This document shows, one piece after another, positions 59,317-64,000 of a DNA stretch of 64,000 bases (its first letter is position 1; each line of letters starts with the position of its first letter). Made by a program: the position numbers and the translations under genes. The notes beneath the pieces were generated by a model. That model made no database searches. It was given only the letters and a program-made list of their open reading frames with translations, and had not been told where the DNA came from. Where the stretch lies: assembly GCA_043745805.1 (NCBI GenBank), contig JAYTSD010000006.1, positions 64,001 through 128,000 of the forward strand. Direction: 5' to 3'. Source of the DNA: Fibrobacteria bacterium (lineage in GTDB: Bacteria > Fibrobacterota > Fibrobacteria > UBA11236).

Positions 59317-60578
59317 TTTTTTAAAGAAGCGGGTACGGTTTCGAATTGCAAAATAGCTTCGAAAGTTTGGCGAGCGCGAATGGTTTCGGGTTTGCCTTGA
59401 TGAATCAAAACTTCAGTAGCGAGTCGACGGGTATTATAATTGGAAGCCATTGCGGCACCATAGGCTCCAGCATCATGCAAAATCAAATAATCCCCTATGC
59501 GTGCTTCGGGTAACTTGCGTGTAACTACAAATCCACCTTCTTCCTGAGTAAACACATCGCCCGATTCACAAAGTGGACCGGCTACAATGGCTTCTTGGGT
59601 TTGGGTTAATTCACGGCCATCGGCAGAGGCAATGGAAATTTCATGATAAGCGCCATACATGGCGGGACGGATTAAAGTATCAAAGCCTGCATCTATCAAA
59701 TAAAACACATTTCCGCCGGTATTTTTAATGGAGCGGATTTGTGTTAATAAGGAACATGATTCAGCTACGAGGTAACGTCCAGGTTCTACTTCCAAAGAAA
59801 TAGGATGTCCCAAATTGGCCTCGATGGTTTTGCGCGTTTTGTCCCAAAGTTCAAAATAGGCTTGCACATTAATACGCGGTTGATCTTTATGATAAGGAAT
59901 GGGTAATCCACCACCGGCACTAATCACTTGTAATTGTGGACCCATTTTATGCGCGGCATTAATCATCGCTTGGCAAACTTGCGCTAAATGTTCAAAGTCG
60001 CTGCCCGAACCAATGTGCATATGTAAGCCTTGAATATTTACTCCGGCCGCTTTTCCTAAGCGCAAACATTCTTCCAAATCATCATGCCAAATGCCATGCT
60101 TGGAAAGGTTACCGCCGGTATTTACTTTGCGTGAATGCCCGTGACCAAAGCCAGGATTGAGGCGCAGGGTAACCGCAGCACCCGGATAAAAACTACCCAA
60201 TTGCGCCAACATATCGGGTGAGCCTACATTCACGGGGATTTTATGTTCACGAATTAAAGCAATAGCATCCTCATCAAAAAGATCGGCGGTAAAAACAATA
60301 CCCGGATGTTTACCCGCAGTATTATATCCCACTTTAAGCGCACGATAAATTTCACCCGCAGAAACTGCATCCACGACAACGCCATTATTTTTCATCAAGG
60401 TCAAGATGGCCAAATTAGAACAGGCTTTTTGTGCAAAGCGAATCACTTCAAAAGATTTTAATTCTTCAATACGTTTTTCGATAATGCCGCGATCATAAAT
60501 ATAGGAGGGTGTGCCAAATTCGGTGGCCAAAGCTTTTATGGAAACACCGGCAATATCTTTAACAAAATTCTTTATCAC
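59313..60578 (-). CDS. lysA: Diaminopimelate decarboxylase
   Basis: FAQKAC (PLP Lys), HMHIGSG, EPGRYLV, GPLCESGD and GAYGAAMASNYN. Confidence 0.96.
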   Translation of the reverse strand: MIKNFVKDIAGVSIKALATEFGTPSYIYDRGIIEKRIEELKSFEVIRFAQKACSNLAILTLMKNNGVVVDAVSAGEIYRALKVGYNTAGKHPGIVFTADLFDEDAIALIREHKIPVNVGSPDMLAQLGSFYPGAAVTLRLNPGFGHGHSRKVNTGGNLSKHGIWHDDLEECLRLGKAAGVNIQGLHMHIGSGSDFEHLAQVCQAMINAAHKMGPQLQVISAGGGLPIPYHKDQPRINVQAYFELWDKTRKTIEANLGHPISLEVEPGRYLVAESCSLLTQIRSIKNTGGNVFYLIDAGFDTLIRPAMYGAYHEISIASADGRELTQTQEAIVAGPLCESGDVFTQEEGGFVVTRKLPEARIGDYLILHDAGAYGAAMASNYNTRRLATEVLIHQGKPETIRARQTFEAILQFETVPASLKN

Positions 60579-60760
60579 TTTTTATCCTCTTGATTTTCCG
60601 TGGCGATAGGCTTTTCTGTTATGCCATAACGCAATTTTAGAAATGTCTCCAACTCATTAACCGTTTCGGTCAAAGCCTTTTCGAGGCGACTCATTTGAAA
60701 AAATATATGGAGAAAATAGGCTCCGAGGCAAACAACAAGCAAACCTAGGAAAATGGCCAT
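60575..60760 (-). CDS. Small single-TM protein between asd and lysA
   Basis: Overlaps both neighbours (TAATG, GTGA); N-terminal hydrophobic helix. Confidence 0.6.
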   Translation of the reverse strand: MAIFLGLLVVCLGAYFLHIFFQMSRLEKALTETVNELETFLKLRYGITEKPIATENQEDKK

Positions 60761-61758
60761 TAAGTAAAAATTTTCTCAGCGATTTGAACCGCATTTAAAG
60801 CCGCGCCTTTGCGAATTTGATCACCCACCACCCAAATATCAAAAGTGTTGGCTTGGCTTTGATCTACGCGGACACGACCTACTAATACAGGGTCTTTGGT
60901 GGAGGCATCGATAGGCATAGGCCAGCGATTTTCGGCACGGTTTTCTAAAACCTGTACGCCAGGTGCGCTATTGAGCACTGCATAAATTTCAGCCACACTA
61001 GTCGGTTTTTCGAACTCCACATTTAAGGCTTCGGAATGGGCGCGTAACACTGGCACGCGCACGCAAGTGGCGGTTAAGCGAATTTCCATATCATGAAAAA
61101 TCTTTTGCGTTTCCTTCAACATTTTAATTTCTTCTTCACAATAACCCGATTCGGTCATAGGGGAATTATGCGGGAATAAATTAAAAGCATAAGGATGAGG
61201 AATGACTGTGCGATTAAATGGTTTGCCAGCTATAGTGGCTAAGGTTTCTTGCATCAATTCATCCATAGCAATGGCGCCGGCACCACTTGCAGCTTGGTAA
61301 GTAGCTGCCACTAAACGTTTAACCTTAAACTTTTTATGCAAAGGAAAAATAGGCAAGGCCATGATGATAGTAGAGCAATTGGGATTGGCGATAATACCTT
61401 TATGTTTGGCAATATCTTCGGGATTAATTTCCGGTATCACTAACGGGACATCTTCGGACATACGATAATACGAAGTATTGTCTACTACCACAGCGCCTGC
61501 TTTAACAGCTGAAGGCGCAAACTCTTTACTCAGTTTTCCACCTGCTGAAGCAAGTACTAAATCAATACCCGCAAAAGAATTGTGTGTGAGTTCTTGTACT
61601 TTTATTTTCTCCCCTTTAAAGAGAAGTTCTTTTCCCGCCGAACGTGCAGATGCCAAAAGGCGTAGTTCGGAAATTGGAAATTGACGTTCTTCCAAGATGC
61701 TGAGCAACTCCGTGCCGACAGCGCCTGTTGCGCCCATGATTGCGACTTTAATACCCAT
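60760..61758 (-). CDS. asd: Aspartate-semialdehyde dehydrogenase
   Basis: GATGAVG, NPNCST, TYQAASGAG, CVRVPV..HS and KGAALNAVQ. Confidence 0.97.
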   Translation of the reverse strand: MGIKVAIMGATGAVGTELLSILEERQFPISELRLLASARSAGKELLFKGEKIKVQELTHNSFAGIDLVLASAGGKLSKEFAPSAVKAGAVVVDNTSYYRMSEDVPLVIPEINPEDIAKHKGIIANPNCSTIIMALPIFPLHKKFKVKRLVAATYQAASGAGAIAMDELMQETLATIAGKPFNRTVIPHPYAFNLFPHNSPMTESGYCEEEIKMLKETQKIFHDMEIRLTATCVRVPVLRAHSEALNVEFEKPTSVAEIYAVLNSAPGVQVLENRAENRWPMPIDASTKDPVLVGRVRVDQSQANTFDIWVVGDQIRKGAALNAVQIAEKIFT

Positions 61759-61902
61759 AAAAAATCCTTTGTTCAGGCCCCAAATTTAGTAAAAACTCAG
61801 CCCTTCAAAAGCCGGCAGATATAGCTAATTTTGAAAATTAATGGATTGGGAATCTCTTTTCTAGTCCAGTAAGTATTCACAGCTTTAACCTAAAGAGACC
61901 TT

Positions 61903-64000
61903 ATGCCTTTGAATCTCGGCCCCAGTGAAGTTTTTGCCTCTCGTCACATTGGCCCAAATCCGTCCGAAACTCAGGCCATGTTGGCTGCTATTGGTTGTGA
62001 TAGCGTGGAGCAATTGATTCAAAAAACCGTTCCTGCCAGCATTAAATTGCCTAAGGCTTTAAATATCCCTGCATTAGAAAGCGAAGCCATTTTTTTGGAG
62101 GAGTTAAAAGGCATTGCTAAAAAAAATCTGCTTTTCAAATCCTATATCGGCACAGGTTATTATCCCTGTTTAACTCCCCATGTGATATTGCGTAACATTT
62201 TGGAAAATCCAGGATGGTATACAGCCTATACACCTTATCAAGCGGAAATTGCTCAAGGTCGTTTGGAAGCATTGATTAATTTTCAAACCGTAGTCACCGA
62301 TTTAACGGGATTAGAAATTGCGAATGCCTCATTACTCGATGAAGCCACCGCAGCGGCCGAAGCCATGGCTATGCTGTATACTTTGACTCGCGACGATAAA
62401 CCCGAGGCGCAAGTTTTTTTCGCTTCGGATAAATGTCATCCGCAAACTTTAGATGTTTTACGCACGCGCTCCACACCACTGGGAATTACTCTGGAAATAG
62501 GGGAAGTGAAAAACTTTGCTTTCGGAAAAAATATTTTTGGGGTGTTATTACAATATCCTGATACCGAAGGCATGATTTTTGACGCACATGATTTTTGTAA
62601 CAAGGCACATGCGGAAGGAATTAAAGTAGGCTTTGCTTGCGATTTATTAAGTCTCACGATGTTGAAGTCTCCTGGCGAAATGGGCGCTGATGTGGCTATT
62701 GGCTCTGCGCAACGCTTTGGAGTCCCCATGGGATATGGCGGGCCGCATGCTGCATTCTTTGCAACCCGTTTAGATTTCCGCCGCTTTATGCCTGGACGTA
62801 TCATTGGTGTTTCGGTAGATGTACATGGCCATAGAGCTTATCGCATGGCTTTACAAACGCGCGAACAGCATATTCGTCGTGACAAAGCTACTAGTAATAT
62901 TTGTACTTCGCAAGTGCTCTTAGCTGTGATGGCTGGCATGTATGCCGTATACCATGGCCCGCAGGGCTTGCTTGCCAAAGCTGAGCGCGTGCATGGATTG
63001 ACGCGTGCATTGGCTGCCGAAGTGGAGAAGCTTGGCTGCCAAGTGATGCATGCCATTTATTTTGACACCTTAAAAATTATTTTGCCTGCGGGTAAGCAAG
63101 TGCAGTTCTTACAAATAACCGCCTTGAATGCGGAAATGAATTTCCGTTATTATGCCGATGGTGCAGTGGGCATAAGTTTGGATGAAACGAGCAGCCTTGA
63201 GGACATTGTTGCCATTGTAGAGGTTTTTGCCAAAGCTTTAGAGCATAAAGCCGTGGTGGCTGACGAGGTCAAAAAACACATCGCTAGTATTCGTTTGGAA
63301 TTAAATTGGCCAAAGACTTTATGCCGTCAAAGTACTTATTTAACGCATAGGGTATTTAATAGCTTTCATAGCGAAACCGAAATGTTACGTTATATCAAAC
63401 GCTTAGAAAATAAAGATTTGTCTTTGAATACGTCGATGATACCTTTAGGTTCCTGTACCATGAAATTAAATGCCACGGCAGAGATGTTACCCGTAACCTG
63501 GCCGGAATTTGGTGCCTTGCATCCTTTTGTACCCGCCAATCAAGCTTTAGGCTATCGCGATATTTTTGACAGCCTTGAAAATGCTTTAGCCGAAATCACC
63601 GGATTGCCTGGTGTTTCGTTACAGCCTAATGCCGGTTCCCAAGGAGAATATGCAGGGCTTATGGTGATTCGCGCCTATCACCATAATCGTAATGAAGCGC
63701 ATCGTGATGTGGTATTGATTCCCTCTTCTGCTCATGGAACTAATCCTGCCACGGCCTCAATGGTTGGATTAAAAGTGGTAGTGGTTAAATGCGATGTGAT
63801 GGGTAATATAGATGTTACGGACTTGGAAGCAAAAGTCTCCGAGTACGCGTCGCGTCTCTGCGCTTTAATGGTCACTTACCCTTCAACGCATGGAGTATTT
63901 GAGGAAGCCATTGTGGGAATTTGCAAAACCATACATGAAAAGGGTGGCCAAGTTTATATGGATGGGGCAAATATGAATGCACAGGTAGGGCTTTGCAGTC
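61903..64000 (+). CDS. gcvP: Glycine dehydrogenase (decarboxylating), 3'-truncated by window edge; absent from the supplied ORF track
   Basis: Translated by hand from ATG 61903: [66 protein letters not shown] and [10 protein letters not shown]. Confidence 0.96.
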   Translation, partial: MPLNLGPSEVFASRHIGPNPSETQAMLAAIGCDSVEQLIQKTVPASIKLPKALNIPALESEAIFLEELKGIAKKNLLFKSYIGTGYYPCLTPHVILRNILENPGWYTAYTPYQAEIAQGRLEALINFQTVVTDLTGLEIANASLLDEATAAAEAMAMLYTLTRDDKPEAQVFFASDKCHPQTLDVLRTRSTPLGITLEIGEVKNFAFGKNIFGVLLQYPDTEGMIFDAHDFCNKAHAEGIKVGFACDLLSLTMLKSPGEMGADVAIGSAQRFGVPMGYGGPHAAFFATRLDFRRFMPGRIIGVSVDVHGHRAYRMALQTREQHIRRDKATSNICTSQVLLAVMAGMYAVYHGPQGLLAKAERVHGLTRALAAEVEKLGCQVMHAIYFDTLKIILPAGKQVQFLQITALNAEMNFRYYADGAVGISLDETSSLEDIVAIVEVFAKALEHKAVVADEVKKHIASIRLELNWPKTLCRQSTYLTHRVFNSFHSETEMLRYIKRLENKDLSLNTSMIPLGSCTMKLNATAEMLPVTWPEFGALHPFVPANQALGYRDIFDSLENALAEITGLPGVSLQPNAGSQGEYAGLMVIRAYHHNRNEAHRDVVLIPSSAHGTNPATASMVGLKVVVVKCDVMGNIDVTDLEAKVSEYASRLCALMVTYPSTHGVFEEAIVGICKTIHEKGGQVYMDGANMNAQVGLCS

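Noticed and set aside
61759-61902. Glycine riboswitch before gcvP
   Set aside because: The conserved GGAGA...CCGAAG...CUCUCAGG aptamer elements are absent and the gap is short.
62436-63056. Minus-strand ORFs of 122 and 72 aa
   Set aside because: Antisense shadows of gcvP. The many other short ORFs nested within well-supported genes were rejected for the same reason.
1-64000. CRISPR array, rRNA, tRNA, integrase or transposase
   Set aside because: No regularly spaced repeats, RNA-gene signatures or recombinase motifs were seen by eye, and intergenic gaps are short. Not confirmed computationally.

Overview
Bacterial chromosomal window, AT-rich (roughly 40% GC by eye) and densely coding. The gene content (outer-membrane barrels, exosortase/PrsKR, short C-terminal sorting-like tails) suggests a diderm such as Fibrobacterota, but that assignment is inference only. 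1.8-22.3 kb is a nitrate-assimilation island. It holds a chlorite-dismutase-like gene, an alginate-export-type porin, an NrtABD-type ABC transporter, an orphan NasS-like sensor, an MCP, a PP2C/Ser-Thr kinase fusion, a NarK-type MFS, NirA, a CysJ-like diflavin reductase, a 4Fe-4S/DmsC-anchor fusion and a Mo-bisPGD nitrate reductase. The island has three sigma54 promoters, and two of the leaders share a 34-nt structured element (30/34 identical). Downstream come a ChpIK/MazEF-type TA pair, a type III PKS mini-cluster and a GT9. These are followed by an unrecognised four-gene operon (barrel-like protein, MotA/ExbB-like channel, ExbD/MotB-like Asp-bearing partner, Ig-repeat protein with a barrel-like C-terminus) that converges on a PrsR/PrsK-Wzc and exosortase-EpsI locus. 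The right third is mostly housekeeping (ogt, ftsB, dprA, mazG, folP, ftsH, tilS, hisI, proA, proB, lysA, asd, partial gcvP). It is interrupted by a VapBC pair, a GNAT toxin-like pair and atypical signalling proteins. No rRNA, tRNA, CRISPR array or transposase was seen. The best candidates for novelty are the ion-motor operon (27.7-32.9 kb), the shared nitrate-operon leader element, and the membrane-anchored assimilatory nitrate reductase.
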